The translations under genes were made by a program, and so were the position numbers. Below, piece after piece: positions 33,178 through 52,583 of a stretch of DNA of 64,000 bases. The DNA is from Escherichia coli (GTDB lineage: Bacteria; Pseudomonadota; Gammaproteobacteria; Enterobacterales; Enterobacteriaceae). Position 1 is the stretch's first letter; every line of letters begins with the position of its first letter. Below the pieces are notes generated by a model. It worked only from the letters and a program-made list of their open reading frames with translations, was not told the origin of the DNA and did not search any database. The stretch lies in the NCBI RefSeq assembly GCF_044324785.1, contig NZ_CP172127.1; one strand, written 5' to 3'.

Positions 33178-34683
33178 TTACGACGCCAGCGACAACTTCT
33201 GCTGCGTATACTCCACCAGCCACTGACTCACTCGAGACTGTTGTTCCGCATTCAGCCACATGCCTTGTTTTGTGCGACGCCATAGGGCATCGTCGGCGCG
33301 GCGGACCCATTCGTGATCCACAAGGTATTTCAGTTCCGCTTCGTAGAACTCATGACCGAAATCCTCCCCGAGGTCGCTTATCGCCCCTGCATTGCCGAGC
33401 AACAGCTCGCTGTTGCTGCCGTAAGTGCGTGCGTAGTGACGTGCCAGCGATTCGGTCAGGAATGGGTAACGGCGGCGCAGACGCGCGGCGTAATCGTCAC
33501 GGTCGCCTTCAATGGCACCACCCGGCAGCACGCTCTCTTTCGTCCACGCCGGACCAATGCCCTGATAATATGGCGTCAGTTTTTCCAGCGCGTGTTCCGC
33601 CAATTTGCGGTAGGTGGTCAGCTTACCGCCGAATACCGACAGCAGCGGCGCTTTGCCGTTTTCATCATGGATATCAAGGGTGTAATCACGAGTGATAGCC
33701 TGCGGCGAATCGGACTCATCATCACACAGCGGACGCACGCCGGAGTAAGTCCAGACGATATCGTCCCGGCTTAACTGCTTTTTAAAGTGCGTGTTATACA
33801 CTTTCAGCAGGTAATTGATTTCACTCTCTTCAATCTTCACTGCTTTTGGATCACCTTTGTATTCCACATCGGTGGTGCCGATGATGGAAAACTCGTCCAT
33901 CCACGGGATCACGAAGACAATACGTTTATCTTCGTTTTGCAGAATGTAGGCCTGCTTTTGTGTATGCACGCGCGGCACGACAATATGGCTGCCTTTGATC
34001 AGGCGAATGCCATAAGGCGAAGGCAGATGCATCCCGTCGTCGAAGAACTGCTTTACCCACGGGCCGGTGGCGTTCACGAGGCCGCGCGCTTGCCAGCTAT
34101 ATTTTTTGCCGGTATCGATATCTTCCGCTTCCACAATCCACAGGCCGTTTTCGCGGCGAGCAGAAGTAGCACGAGTACGAGTAAGCACTTCTCCGCCTTT
34201 ACGCACCACCATCTGGGCGTTGGCGAGTACCAGACGGGCGTCGTCTACCCAACAGTCGGAATATTCGAATCCGCGCTTAATTTCCTGTTTTAACACTGAA
34301 TTTGCGCCAAAACGCAAACCGGTTGACCCCGGCAGGCTGGTGCGTTTACCCAGATGATCGTACATAAACAGACCAATGCGAATCATCCACGCCGGGCGCA
34401 GATGCGGACGATGCGGCAGGCGAAAACGCATCGGGAAGGCGATATGCGGGGCCATTTTCAGTAGCACTTCACGTTCAGCCAGCGCCTCGCTGACCAGGCG
34501 GAATTCATAGTGCTCAAGGTAGCGCAGGCCACCGTGAATGAGTTTTGAACTGGCGGAAGAGGTCGCGCAAGCGAGATCCTGCGCCTCCAGCATCAGCACG
34601 GATAAACCGCGTCCAGCGGCGTCTGCCGCGATACCAGCACCATTGATGCCGCCACCTATCACAATCAGATCTTTGGTTTCCAT
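33178..34683 (-). CDS. glpD: aerobic glycerol-3-phosphate dehydrogenase
   Basis: 501 aa from METKDLIVIGGGINGAG FAD-binding motif. Confidence 0.93.
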   Translation of the reverse strand: METKDLIVIGGGINGAGIAADAAGRGLSVLMLEAQDLACATSSASSKLIHGGLRYLEHYEFRLVSEALAEREVLLKMAPHIAFPMRFRLPHRPHLRPAWMIRIGLFMYDHLGKRTSLPGSTGLRFGANSVLKQEIKRGFEYSDCWVDDARLVLANAQMVVRKGGEVLTRTRATSARRENGLWIVEAEDIDTGKKYSWQARGLVNATGPWVKQFFDDGMHLPSPYGIRLIKGSHIVVPRVHTQKQAYILQNEDKRIVFVIPWMDEFSIIGTTDVEYKGDPKAVKIEESEINYLLKVYNTHFKKQLSRDDIVWTYSGVRPLCDDESDSPQAITRDYTLDIHDENGKAPLLSVFGGKLTTYRKLAEHALEKLTPYYQGIGPAWTKESVLPGGAIEGDRDDYAARLRRRYPFLTESLARHYARTYGSNSELLLGNAGAISDLGEDFGHEFYEAELKYLVDHEWVRRADDALWRRTKQGMWLNAEQQSRVSQWLVEYTQQKLSLAS

Positions 34684-34717
34684 GCTGCCCTCATTCACTT
34701 TCGTTAAAGCTCACAAA

Positions 34718-34735
34718 TGTTCGTTATCGAACATA
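34718..34735. promoter_or_regulatory. GlpR operator in glpD/glpE divergent control region
   Basis: atgttcgttatcgaacat near-perfect palindrome of the GlpR operator type. Confidence 0.65.
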
Positions 34736-34794
34736 TTAGCAAAGAATCGCGCTTTAGGTAACATTGAAAAAACATTTTAGAGTGATATGTATAA

Positions 34795-35199
<405 letters not shown>

Positions 35200-35231
35200 C
35201 GCTTTATACTGTCCCCTTTTGTGTGGAATAA

Positions 35232-36074
<843 letters not shown>

Positions 36075-36090
36075 TTCCAGGGATTTATAA

Positions 36091-36849
36091 ATGAAACAAA
36101 CACAACGTCACAACGGTATTATCGAACTGGTTAAACAGCAGGGTTATGTCAGTACTGAAGAGCTGGTAGAGCATTTCTCCGTCAGCCCGCAGACTATTCG
36201 CCGCGACCTCAATGAGCTGGCGGAGCAAAACCTGATCCTGCGTCACCATGGCGGTGCGGCGCTGCCTTCCAGTTCGGTTAACACGCCGTGGCACGATCGT
36301 AAAGCCACCCAGACCGAAGAAAAAGAGAGGATTGCCCGCAAAGTGGCGGAGCAAATCCCCAACGGCTCGACACTGTTTATCGATATCGGCACCACGCCGG
36401 AAGCGGTGGCGCACGCGCTGCTTAATCACAGCAATTTGCGTATTGTCACCAACAATCTCAATGTTGCTAACACGTTGATGGTAAAAGAAGATTTCCGCAT
36501 TATTCTCGCCGGTGGCGAACTGCGCAGCCGCGATGGCGGGATCATTGGCGAAGCGACGCTCGATTTTATCTCCCAGTTCCGCCTTGATTTCGGCATTCTG
36601 GGGATCAGTGGCATCGATAGCGACGGCTCGCTGCTGGAGTTCGATTACCACGAAGTTCGCACCAAACGCGCCATTATTGAGAACTCGCGCCACGTTATGC
36701 TGGTTGTCGATCACTCGAAATTTGGCCGTAACGCGATGGTCAATATGGGCAGCATCAGCATGGTAGATGCCGTCTACACCGACGCCCCGCCGCCAGTAAG
36801 CGTGATGCAGGTGCTGACGGACCACCATATTCAACTGGAGCTGTGCTGA
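36091..36849 (+). CDS. glpR: DeoR-family glycerol-3-phosphate regulon repressor
   Basis: 252 aa, N-terminal HTH. Confidence 0.92.
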   Translation: MKQTQRHNGIIELVKQQGYVSTEELVEHFSVSPQTIRRDLNELAEQNLILRHHGGAALPSSSVNTPWHDRKATQTEEKERIARKVAEQIPNGSTLFIDIGTTPEAVAHALLNHSNLRIVTNNLNVANTLMVKEDFRIILAGGELRSRDGGIIGEATLDFISQFRLDFGILGISGIDSDGSLLEFDYHEVRTKRAIIENSRHVMLVVDHSKFGRNAMVNMGSISMVDAVYTDAPPPVSVMQVLTDHHIQLELC

Positions 36850-38429
36850 TCCTGCACGGCTTCCCACGTCAGACCAAAACGCGCCAGGTATTTGCGTAGC
36901 CGATCCGCGTCATTGACGCTGGCTTTGCCCTGGCGCGAAACGTCAAAAAGCTGGCGTCCCGCAGCAGAAAGCGATTTTGCCTGGCGGCAGATAGCGATAA
37001 CGTGTTCCAGTTGCAGCCGATCAAAGAGGTCGATGTTTTCTGCCTCAGCGCCCAGCAGTTGCGTAAGCGCGGAGGGACGGCTCTCCTGCCAGTTATAGCG
37101 CAGACGGTTTATCTCATCTTCTACGGTTTCCAGAGTAATGCGCCCGCTATCGGCAAAGGTTGCCATCCGCGTGACGCTGGCAGAAAGTTCTCGAAAGTTA
37201 CCGCGCCATGTTGCCTGGGGAGATGTCGCAAAAGCCAGCCAGGCGCGCCGTGCTTCGGTGTTAAAACGCACGCTGTCGCCGGTGAGTGAGGCGTGGCGCT
37301 CCACTTCATAATCCAGGTTAGGTTCAATATCTTCCTGGCGCTGGCGCAGTCCCGGCAGGGTGAAGGTCCAGAGATTGATCCGCGCGTACAGATCTTCGCG
37401 AAATTTGCCTTCGGCAACCAGTTGGCGCAAATCGCGCACCGTTCCGGCGATCAGCTGAAAATCACTGCTCACCTGGCTATCGCTGCCAAATGGGTAAAAG
37501 GTTTTCTCTTCAATGGCTTTCAGCAACATCGCCTGTTCGTCTGCGCCCAGTTCGCCAATCTCATCAAGAAACAACATGCCACCGTTGGCGCTGCGTAATA
37601 ATCCTTCACGAGATTCCCGCGCCCCGGTAAACGCGCCTTTCACATGACCAAACAGCGTCGACATGGCGGTATCGCCGCGCAGGGTGGCGCAGTTCACTTC
37701 TACAAATGCGCCGCTAAACTGATGCCGCGCCTGTTTTAATTCGAAGATGCGTCGTGCCAGAAACGACTTGCCCGCACCGGTTGGGCCGTTAAGCAGGATC
37801 GGTGCGCGGGATTTGATCGCCACTTTTTCGATCTGCTCAATCATGCGGTTGAAGTGGGGGTTGCGTGTGGCAATGCCGGATTTGAGGAAGTCGAGGGTTT
37901 GCTGGCGTTCCTCGGCAAAGCGGCTGGCGATGGCGTTATAACGGCTTAAATCGAGATCGATAATCGTCACTTCACCTGCGCCGCGTGGTTGTTCTTTTTT
38001 GCGCGGTGGTGAAGATTGTATCAGCCGGGCGGGCAGGTAACGCGCTTCCGCCAGCAGAAACCAGCAAATCTGCGCGACGTGGGTGCCGGTGGTAATGTGA
38101 ATTAAGTATTCTTCTTTATCAGGGTGAAACGCGTACCCACGGGCGAAATCATGCAGGCAGGCGTAGACCTCTTCGAAATCCCACGGGTTATGCAGTTCTA
38201 TCTCAACGCCCACCACTTCTGTTTCTGGCGAAACGCTGGCGATATCGCGTTTAAGCGTTTCGAATAGCGAGCGCGAGCGGGCATCGTGCAATAATTCCAG
38301 TCGATCGATGACTAACGATTCTTGCTGGCATAAACAAAGCGTCGGACGCCATTTCGACCAGCGCTGACTGCCGCGCCCGGCATAATCCAGCACCGTTCCG
38401 ACAAAACCAAAAGCCACTGTTTTACGCAT
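36831..38429 (-). CDS. rtcR: sigma-54-dependent transcriptional activator of rtcBA
   Basis: 532 aa, AAA+ sigma-54 activator motifs GPTGAGKS, GAFTGA; 19-nt convergent overlap with glpR. Confidence 0.9.
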   Translation of the reverse strand: MRKTVAFGFVGTVLDYAGRGSQRWSKWRPTLCLCQQESLVIDRLELLHDARSRSLFETLKRDIASVSPETEVVGVEIELHNPWDFEEVYACLHDFARGYAFHPDKEEYLIHITTGTHVAQICWFLLAEARYLPARLIQSSPPRKKEQPRGAGEVTIIDLDLSRYNAIASRFAEERQQTLDFLKSGIATRNPHFNRMIEQIEKVAIKSRAPILLNGPTGAGKSFLARRIFELKQARHQFSGAFVEVNCATLRGDTAMSTLFGHVKGAFTGARESREGLLRSANGGMLFLDEIGELGADEQAMLLKAIEEKTFYPFGSDSQVSSDFQLIAGTVRDLRQLVAEGKFREDLYARINLWTFTLPGLRQRQEDIEPNLDYEVERHASLTGDSVRFNTEARRAWLAFATSPQATWRGNFRELSASVTRMATFADSGRITLETVEDEINRLRYNWQESRPSALTQLLGAEAENIDLFDRLQLEHVIAICRQAKSLSAAGRQLFDVSRQGKASVNDADRLRKYLARFGLTWEAVQDQHSSS

Positions 38430-38562
38430 CTTAGATATCCTTATAAAAGACGATATTTCATTATCGGCAAATTGGCTTTGCGGGAAATCTCCGTTTACGG
38501 ACGTAAAGATTTAATCTATTAAAAACAATGAATTAAAAAATTAAGCTGCTTATTTAATTTTC

Positions 38563-38578
38563 TGGCACGACGGTTGCA
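38563..38578 (+). promoter_or_regulatory. sigma-54 (-24/-12) promoter of rtcBA
   Basis: TGGCACgacggTTGCA about 37 bp upstream of rtcB ATG. Confidence 0.8.
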
Positions 38579-38614
38579 ATTATCAGGACATACCAACGAA
38601 AAGAGAAAAACAAA

Positions 38615-39841
38615 ATGAATTACGAATTACTGACCACTGAAAATGCCCCGGTAAAAATGTGGACCAAAGGCGTGCCGGTAGAAGCCGATGCGCGTCAGCA
38701 ACTTATTAATACGGCGAAGATGCCGTTTATTTTCAAACATATTGCGGTAATGCCTGATGTACACCTGGGTAAAGGTTCCACCATTGGTAGCGTGATCCCG
38801 ACCAAAGGGGCGATTATTCCGGCGGCGGTGGGCGTGGATATCGGTTGTGGAATGAACGCACTGCGTACCGCGTTAACGGCGGCAGACCTGCCGGAAAACC
38901 TGGCGGAGCTGCGTCAGGCAATTGAATCTGCCGTGCCGCACGGGCGTACTACCGGGCGTTGTAAACGTGATAAAGGCGCATGGGAAAATCCGCCTGTTAA
39001 CGTCGATGCGAAATGGGCTGAGCTGGAAGCCGGTTATCAGTGGTTAACGCAAAAATATCCCCGTTTCCTTAACACTAACAACTATAAACACCTGGGAACG
39101 CTGGGAACGGGTAACCACTTTATTGAAATCTGCCTTGATGAGTCGGACCAGGTGTGGATTATGCTGCACTCCGGTTCACGCGGAATCGGTAATGCCATCG
39201 GAACTTACTTTATCGATCTGGCGCAAAAAGAGATGCAGGAAACGCTTGAAACGTTGCCGTCGCGTGATCTGGCGTACTTTATGGAAGGTACGGAATACTT
39301 TGATGATTACCTGAAAGCCGTGGCCTGGGCGCAGCTTTTTGCCAGCCTTAACCGCGATGCGATGATGGAAAACGTGGTAACGGCGTTGCAGAGCGTTACG
39401 CAGAAAACGGTAAGACAGCCACAAACGCTGGCGATGGAAGAGATCAACTGTCACCACAACTATGTGCAAAAAGAACAGCACTTTGGTGAAGAGATCTACG
39501 TGACGCGTAAAGGCGCGGTGTCTGCGCGTGCTGGTCAATATGGAATTATTCCCGGTTCGATGGGGGCGAAGAGCTTTATCGTCCGTGGGCTGGGAAATGA
39601 AGAGTCGTTCTGTTCGTGCAGCCACGGTGCCGGGCGGGTAATGAGCCGTACCAAAGCGAAAAAACTGTTCAGCGTGGAAGATCAAATTCGTGCCACCGCG
39701 CATGTGGAATGCCGTAAAGATGCCGAAGTGATCGACGAAATCCCGATGGCGTATAAAGATATTGATGCGGTGATGGCGGCACAAAGCGATCTGGTGGAAG
39801 TTATCTATACCCTGCGTCAGGTGGTGTGCGTAAAAGGATAA
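38615..39841 (+). CDS. rtcB: RNA-splicing ligase RtcB
   Basis: 408 aa, conserved metal-binding His/Cys motifs. Confidence 0.92.
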   Translation: MNYELLTTENAPVKMWTKGVPVEADARQQLINTAKMPFIFKHIAVMPDVHLGKGSTIGSVIPTKGAIIPAAVGVDIGCGMNALRTALTAADLPENLAELRQAIESAVPHGRTTGRCKRDKGAWENPPVNVDAKWAELEAGYQWLTQKYPRFLNTNNYKHLGTLGTGNHFIEICLDESDQVWIMLHSGSRGIGNAIGTYFIDLAQKEMQETLETLPSRDLAYFMEGTEYFDDYLKAVAWAQLFASLNRDAMMENVVTALQSVTQKTVRQPQTLAMEEINCHHNYVQKEQHFGEEIYVTRKGAVSARAGQYGIIPGSMGAKSFIVRGLGNEESFCSCSHGAGRVMSRTKAKKLFSVEDQIRATAHVECRKDAEVIDEIPMAYKDIDAVMAAQSDLVEVIYTLRQVVCVKG

Positions 39842-40861
<1,020 letters not shown>

Positions 40862-40903
40862 TATAAAGATGTAAGCCGGATCCGACGTATTATCCGGCTA
40901 AAC

Positions 40904-43615
<2,712 letters not shown>

Positions 43616-44109
43616 TCACTTCACTGTGGAAAATGAGGAAATATTATTTTTTTTGCGCTTCGTAATTAATGGTTATAAGGTCGGCCAGAAACCTTTCTAA
43701 TGCAAGCGATGACGTTTTTTTATGTGTCTGAATTTGCACTCTGTCACAATTCCAAATCTTTATTAATGACTCACCTAAAACGACGCTGATCCAGCGTGAA
43801 TACTGGTTTCCCTTATGTTCATCAGATTCATTTAAGCAAGGGTTTCTTCTTCATTCCTGATGAAAGTGCTATCTAAAAAGATGATCTTAATAAATCTATT
43901 AAGAATGAGATGGAGCACACTTGATATTTTACTTATGTAACTGTTTCACTCCTTTACTTAATTTATAGAGTTACCTTCCGCTTTTTGAAAATACGCAACG
44001 GCCATTTTTTGCACTTAGATACAGATTTTCTGCGCTGTATGGCATTGATTTGCTGCTAATCCTGTGGTTTGCACTAGCTTTAAGTGGTCGAGATCACATT
44101 TCCTTGCTC

Positions 44110-44160
44110 ATCCCCGCAACTCCTCCCTGCCTAATCCCCCGCAGGATGAGGAAGGTCAAC
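44110..44160 (+). promoter_or_regulatory. malP promoter region with MalT-box-like hexamers
   Basis: gcaGGATGAgg and tcctcc (GGAGGA reverse) about 70-100 bp upstream of malP. Confidence 0.4.
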
Positions 44161-44196
44161 ATCGAGCCTGGCAAACTAGCGATAACGTTGTGTTGA

Positions 44197-46614
<2,418 letters not shown>

Positions 46615-46623
46615 GGAAGCTCG

Positions 46624-48705
46624 ATGGAAAGCAAACGTCTGGATAATGCCGCGCTGGCGGCGGGGATTAGCCCCAATTACATCAATGCCCACGGTAAACC
46701 GCAGTCGATTAGCGCCGAAACCAAACGGCGTTTGCTTGACGCGATGCATCAACGTACCGCCACGAAAGTGGCGGTAACGCCAGTCCCGAATGTCATGGTT
46801 TATACCAGCGGCAAAAAAATGCCGATGGTGGTGGAGGGCAGCGGCGAATATAGCTGGCTGCTGACCACCGAAGAAGGAACGCAGTACAAAGGCCATGTAA
46901 CGGGGGGCAAAGCGTTCAATCTACCGACGAAGCTGCCGGAAGGTTATCACACGCTGACAGTCACCCAGGACGACCAGCGCGTGCATTGCCGGGTGATTGT
47001 CGCCCCGAAACGCTGTTACGAACCGCAGGCGTTGCTGAACAAACAAAAGCTGTGGGGTGCCTGCGTTCAGCTTTATACGCTGCGATCGGAAAAAAACTGG
47101 GGTATTGGGGATTTTGGCGATCTCAAAGCGATGCTGGTGGATGTGGCAAAACGTGGCGGGTCGTTCATCGGTCTGAACCCGATTCATGCCCTCTATCCGG
47201 CAAATCCGGAAAGTGCCAGCCCTTACAGCCCGTCTTCTCGCCGTTGGCTGAATGTGATTTATATCGACGTTAACGCCGTCGAAGATTTCCATCTTAGCGA
47301 AGAGGCTCAGGCCTGGTGGCAGTTGCCGACCACGCAACAGACGCTGCAACAGGCGCGGGATGCCGACTGGGTCGATTACTCCACGGTTACCGCCCTAAAA
47401 ATGACAGCATTGCGCATGGCGTGGAAAGGTTTCGCGCAACGTGATGATGAACAGGTGGCCGCGTTTCGCCAGTTTGTTGCAGAGCAAGGCGACAGCCTGT
47501 TCTGGCAGGCGGCGTTTGACGCGCTACATGCCCAGCAAGTGAAAGAGGACGAAATGCGCTGGGGCTGGCCTGCATGGCCAGAGATGTATCAGAGCGTGGA
47601 TTCACCAGAAGTGCGCCAGTTCTGCGAAGAACATCGTGATGACGTCGATTTTTATCTCTGGTTGCAGTGGCTGGCTTACAGCCAGTTTGCCGCCTGCTGG
47701 GAGATAAGCCAGGGCTATGAAATGCCGATTGGCTTGTATCGTGACCTGGCCGTTGGTGTAGCAGAGGGTGGAGCAGAAACCTGGTGCGACCGGGAGTTGT
47801 ATTGCCTGAAAGCGTCGGTTGGAGCACCGCCGGATATCCTCGGCCCGTTGGGGCAGAACTGGGGATTGCCGCCAATGGACCCGCATATTATCACCGCGCG
47901 TGCCTATGAACCGTTTATCGAGCTGTTGCGTGCCAATATGCAAAACTGCGGCGCATTACGAATTGACCATGTGATGTCGATGCTGCGTTTGTGGTGGATA
48001 CCGTATGGCGAGACGGCAGATCAGGGGGCATATGTTCACTATCCGGTGGATGATCTGCTCTCGATTCTGGCACTCGAAAGTAAACGTCATTGCTGCATGG
48101 TGATTGGTGAAGATCTCGGTACCGTACCGGTAGAGATTGTCGGTAAGCTGCGCAGCAGCGGTGTGTACTCCTACAAAGTGCTCTATTTCGAAAACGACCA
48201 AGAGAAGACATTCCGCTCACCGAAAGCGTACCCAGAGCAGTCGATGGCGGTTGCGGCGACACACGACCTGCCTACGCTGCGTGGTTACTGGGAGAGCGGG
48301 GATCTAACGCTGGGCAAAACGCTCGGACTGTACCCGGATGAAGTGGTACTGCGCGGTCTGTATCAGGATCGCGAATTGGCGAAGCAAGGACTACTGGATG
48401 CTCTGCATAAATATGGTTGTCTGCCAAAACGTGCCGGGCATAAGGCATCGTTGATGTCGATGACGCCGACGCTGAATCGTGGCTTACAGCGCTACATCGC
48501 CGATAGCAACAGCGCCCTGTTAGGACTACAGCCAGAAGACTGGCTGGATATGGCGGACCCGGTAAATATTCCCGGCACCAGTTACCAGTATAAAAACTGG
48601 CGGCGCAAGCTCTCCGCAACGCTTGAGGCGATGTTTGCCGATGATGGCGTGAACAAGTTGCTGAAGGATTTGGACAGACGGCGCAGAGCGGCAGCGAAGA
48701 AGTAG
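46624..48705 (+). CDS. malQ: 4-alpha-glucanotransferase (amylomaltase)
   Basis: 693 aa. Confidence 0.92.
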   Translation: MESKRLDNAALAAGISPNYINAHGKPQSISAETKRRLLDAMHQRTATKVAVTPVPNVMVYTSGKKMPMVVEGSGEYSWLLTTEEGTQYKGHVTGGKAFNLPTKLPEGYHTLTVTQDDQRVHCRVIVAPKRCYEPQALLNKQKLWGACVQLYTLRSEKNWGIGDFGDLKAMLVDVAKRGGSFIGLNPIHALYPANPESASPYSPSSRRWLNVIYIDVNAVEDFHLSEEAQAWWQLPTTQQTLQQARDADWVDYSTVTALKMTALRMAWKGFAQRDDEQVAAFRQFVAEQGDSLFWQAAFDALHAQQVKEDEMRWGWPAWPEMYQSVDSPEVRQFCEEHRDDVDFYLWLQWLAYSQFAACWEISQGYEMPIGLYRDLAVGVAEGGAETWCDRELYCLKASVGAPPDILGPLGQNWGLPPMDPHIITARAYEPFIELLRANMQNCGALRIDHVMSMLRLWWIPYGETADQGAYVHYPVDDLLSILALESKRHCCMVIGEDLGTVPVEIVGKLRSSGVYSYKVLYFENDQEKTFRSPKAYPEQSMAVAATHDLPTLRGYWESGDLTLGKTLGLYPDEVVLRGLYQDRELAKQGLLDALHKYGCLPKRAGHKASLMSMTPTLNRGLQRYIADSNSALLGLQPEDWLDMADPVNIPGTSYQYKNWRRKLSATLEAMFADDGVNKLLKDLDRRRRAAAKK

Positions 48706-48717
48706 TAGGGTGCGGTT

Positions 48718-48745
48718 GATGCCGGATGCGATGCATCCGGCAGTC
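48718..48745. repeat. REP element
   Basis: gatgccggatgcgatgcatccggcagtc between convergent malQ and gntT. Confidence 0.7.
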
Positions 48746-48752
48746 AGTGTTA

Positions 48753-50069
48753 TCAAATCACCATATTCAGCAGCAGACAGCCTACCAGACCGCACACCGA
48801 GATAATGGTTTCTAGCATCGACCAGGATTTGATGGTCTCGCCGATAGTCAGGTTAAAGTACTCTTTGAACAGCCAGAAGCCCGGATCGTTCACGTGAGAG
48901 AAAATCACACTACCGGAACCAACCGCAATAACCATCAGCTCCGGGCTAACACCCGTCGTTGCAATCAGCGGTGCCGCGATACCACCCGCAGTGATTGCCG
49001 CAACGGTTGCGGAACCCAGCGCGATACGCAGTACGGCAGCAATCGACCAGGCCATCAGCAGCGGAGAAATGTTGGTTTCGTGCATCATGGAAGCAATGTA
49101 TTTGTCCACGCCGCTGTCTACCAGCACCTGCTTGAACGCACCGCCACCACCGATAATCAACAGCATCATCGCAATGATTTTGATGGAAGAAACCAGCGTG
49201 TCGTTAATCTGATCCATTGAACGACCACGGTTCAGACCAAAAGTGAACATCGCAATCAGCACGGCAATCAGCGTTGCCATTACCGGGTCACCGAGGAACT
49301 CCGCTACCGGCAGGAAAGCGTGACCTTTCGGCAGGATCATTTCGGCAATCGCACGCATCGCCATCAGTACAACCGGCACCAGAGAGGTCCAGACGCTGAC
49401 GCCAAAACTCGGCATCTCTTCTTCGCTGAAGGTTTTCGCGCTGTACAGACCTTCCGGGATCGGCTTATCGATACCTTTCAGCACGCGAGCGTAAACCGGA
49501 CCGGCGAGAATCACGGTCGGGATTGCCAGAATAGTACCGTACAGCAGGGTTTTACCCATGTCGGCATTGAAAATGGTGGCAATCGCAGTCGGACCCGGAT
49601 GCGGTGGCAGGAAGCCGTGGGTCACAGACAGTGCAGCCGCCATTGGTACACCAACATACAGCAGTGGAATATTCGCGGAAGCCGCGATGGTAAACACCAG
49701 CGGCAGCATCAGCACGAAACCCACTTCATAGAACAGGGCAAAACCAACGGTAAAACCGGTCAGTACCACCGCCCACTGGATGTGTTTTTTACCAAATTTA
49801 GCAATCAGCGTGGTGGCGATACGTTGTGCGCCACCGCAGTCTGCCAGCATTTTGCCCAGCATTGCGCCAAAACCCATGATCAGGGCAAGGCTACCGAGCG
49901 TCCCGCCGACACCGGCTTTGATGGAGCCAATAACTTTATCCAGCGGCATTCCTTGCATTAATCCAACAGCAAGCGCCACGAGGACGAGAGCGATGAAGCC
50001 GTTCATTTTGAAACGGATCATCAGGAGCAACAACAAGATTACACCGATAGCAACAATGACTAATGGCAT
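48753..50069 (-). CDS. gntT: high-affinity gluconate transporter
   Basis: 438 aa GntP family, MPLVIVAIGVILLLLL. Confidence 0.92.
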   Translation of the reverse strand: MPLVIVAIGVILLLLLMIRFKMNGFIALVLVALAVGLMQGMPLDKVIGSIKAGVGGTLGSLALIMGFGAMLGKMLADCGGAQRIATTLIAKFGKKHIQWAVVLTGFTVGFALFYEVGFVLMLPLVFTIAASANIPLLYVGVPMAAALSVTHGFLPPHPGPTAIATIFNADMGKTLLYGTILAIPTVILAGPVYARVLKGIDKPIPEGLYSAKTFSEEEMPSFGVSVWTSLVPVVLMAMRAIAEMILPKGHAFLPVAEFLGDPVMATLIAVLIAMFTFGLNRGRSMDQINDTLVSSIKIIAMMLLIIGGGGAFKQVLVDSGVDKYIASMMHETNISPLLMAWSIAAVLRIALGSATVAAITAGGIAAPLIATTGVSPELMVIAVGSGSVIFSHVNDPGFWLFKEYFNLTIGETIKSWSMLETIISVCGLVGCLLLNMVI

Positions 50070-50235
50070 GATTTACCTGGCCTTTCATTTGTTATGGGTA
50101 ACGTCAATTTTCTGACGACAAACTCTAATTATCCCAATCGGGAACAGAGATATTGCGGCACCACGACTGATACCCACTAAAACTAATTATTGTAGTCAGA
50201 TGTCAGGAGTATGTTTGGTACCCATGTGAATGATA

Positions 50236-50251
50236 CGGGTAACATCCGGCG
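50236..50251. promoter_or_regulatory. GntR operator in gntT promoter
   Basis: atgatacgggtaacat (ATGTTACCCGTATCAT on the gntT strand). Confidence 0.6.
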
Positions 50252-50371
50252 TTTGAGAATCACCAGAGCGGGGTAAATTTAAATTATGAGAGGTTGGTCA
50301 TATTATCGCGGGGAAACGAAAGGAGGGATTTGCCAAAGCAATGCTGCGCCAACGTCTGGCACATGTTCAAC

Positions 50372-50429
<58 letters not shown>

Positions 50430-51005
50430 TTAGTAGTAGGAGTGCTCGCCGCGCTGGTGTTCGGTGAGATCGCGCACACCTTTCAGCTCCGGGAATTCGT
50501 TCAGCAGCTGCTTCTCGATCCCTTCTTTCAGCGTCACATCTACCATAGAACAACCGTTACAGCCGCCGCCAAATTGCAGAATGGCGTAACCGTCTTCGGT
50601 GATTTCCATCAGCGAAACGCGACCACCGTGACCAGCAAGCTGTGGGTTGATCTGCGACTGCAGCATATACTCCACGCGCTCCATCAGCGGTGCATCGTCT
50701 GCGACTTTACGCATTTTGGCGTTAGGCGCTTTCAGCGTTAACTGGGAACCCAACTGGTCTGTAACAAAGTCGATCTCTGCATCTTCCAGGTAAGGAGCGC
50801 TTAACTCATCAACATACGCGGTCAGCAGGTCAAATTTCAGGGCAGTGTCGGTGGCTTCCACAGCATCCGGCGGACAATAAGAAACGCCACATTCAGCGTT
50901 AGGCGTGCCAGGGTTAATCACAAATACGCGGATTTGTGTCCCTTCTTCCTGATTTGCCAGCAGTTTGGCAAAGTGCGCTTGTGCAGCATCGGAAATACGG
51001 ATCAT
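50430..51005 (-). CDS. nfuA: Fe-S cluster carrier protein NfuA
   Basis: 191 aa, C-terminal CNGC motif. Confidence 0.92.
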
Positions 51006-51063
51006 AGTAATGGCCTAATAGTTGACTATTTTAGTTGGTTATAATACGCCCATCATCGAGGCT

Positions 51064-52555
<1,492 letters not shown>

Positions 52556-52583
52556 GTGGCTTTTGAAATGGCGAGACAGAATT

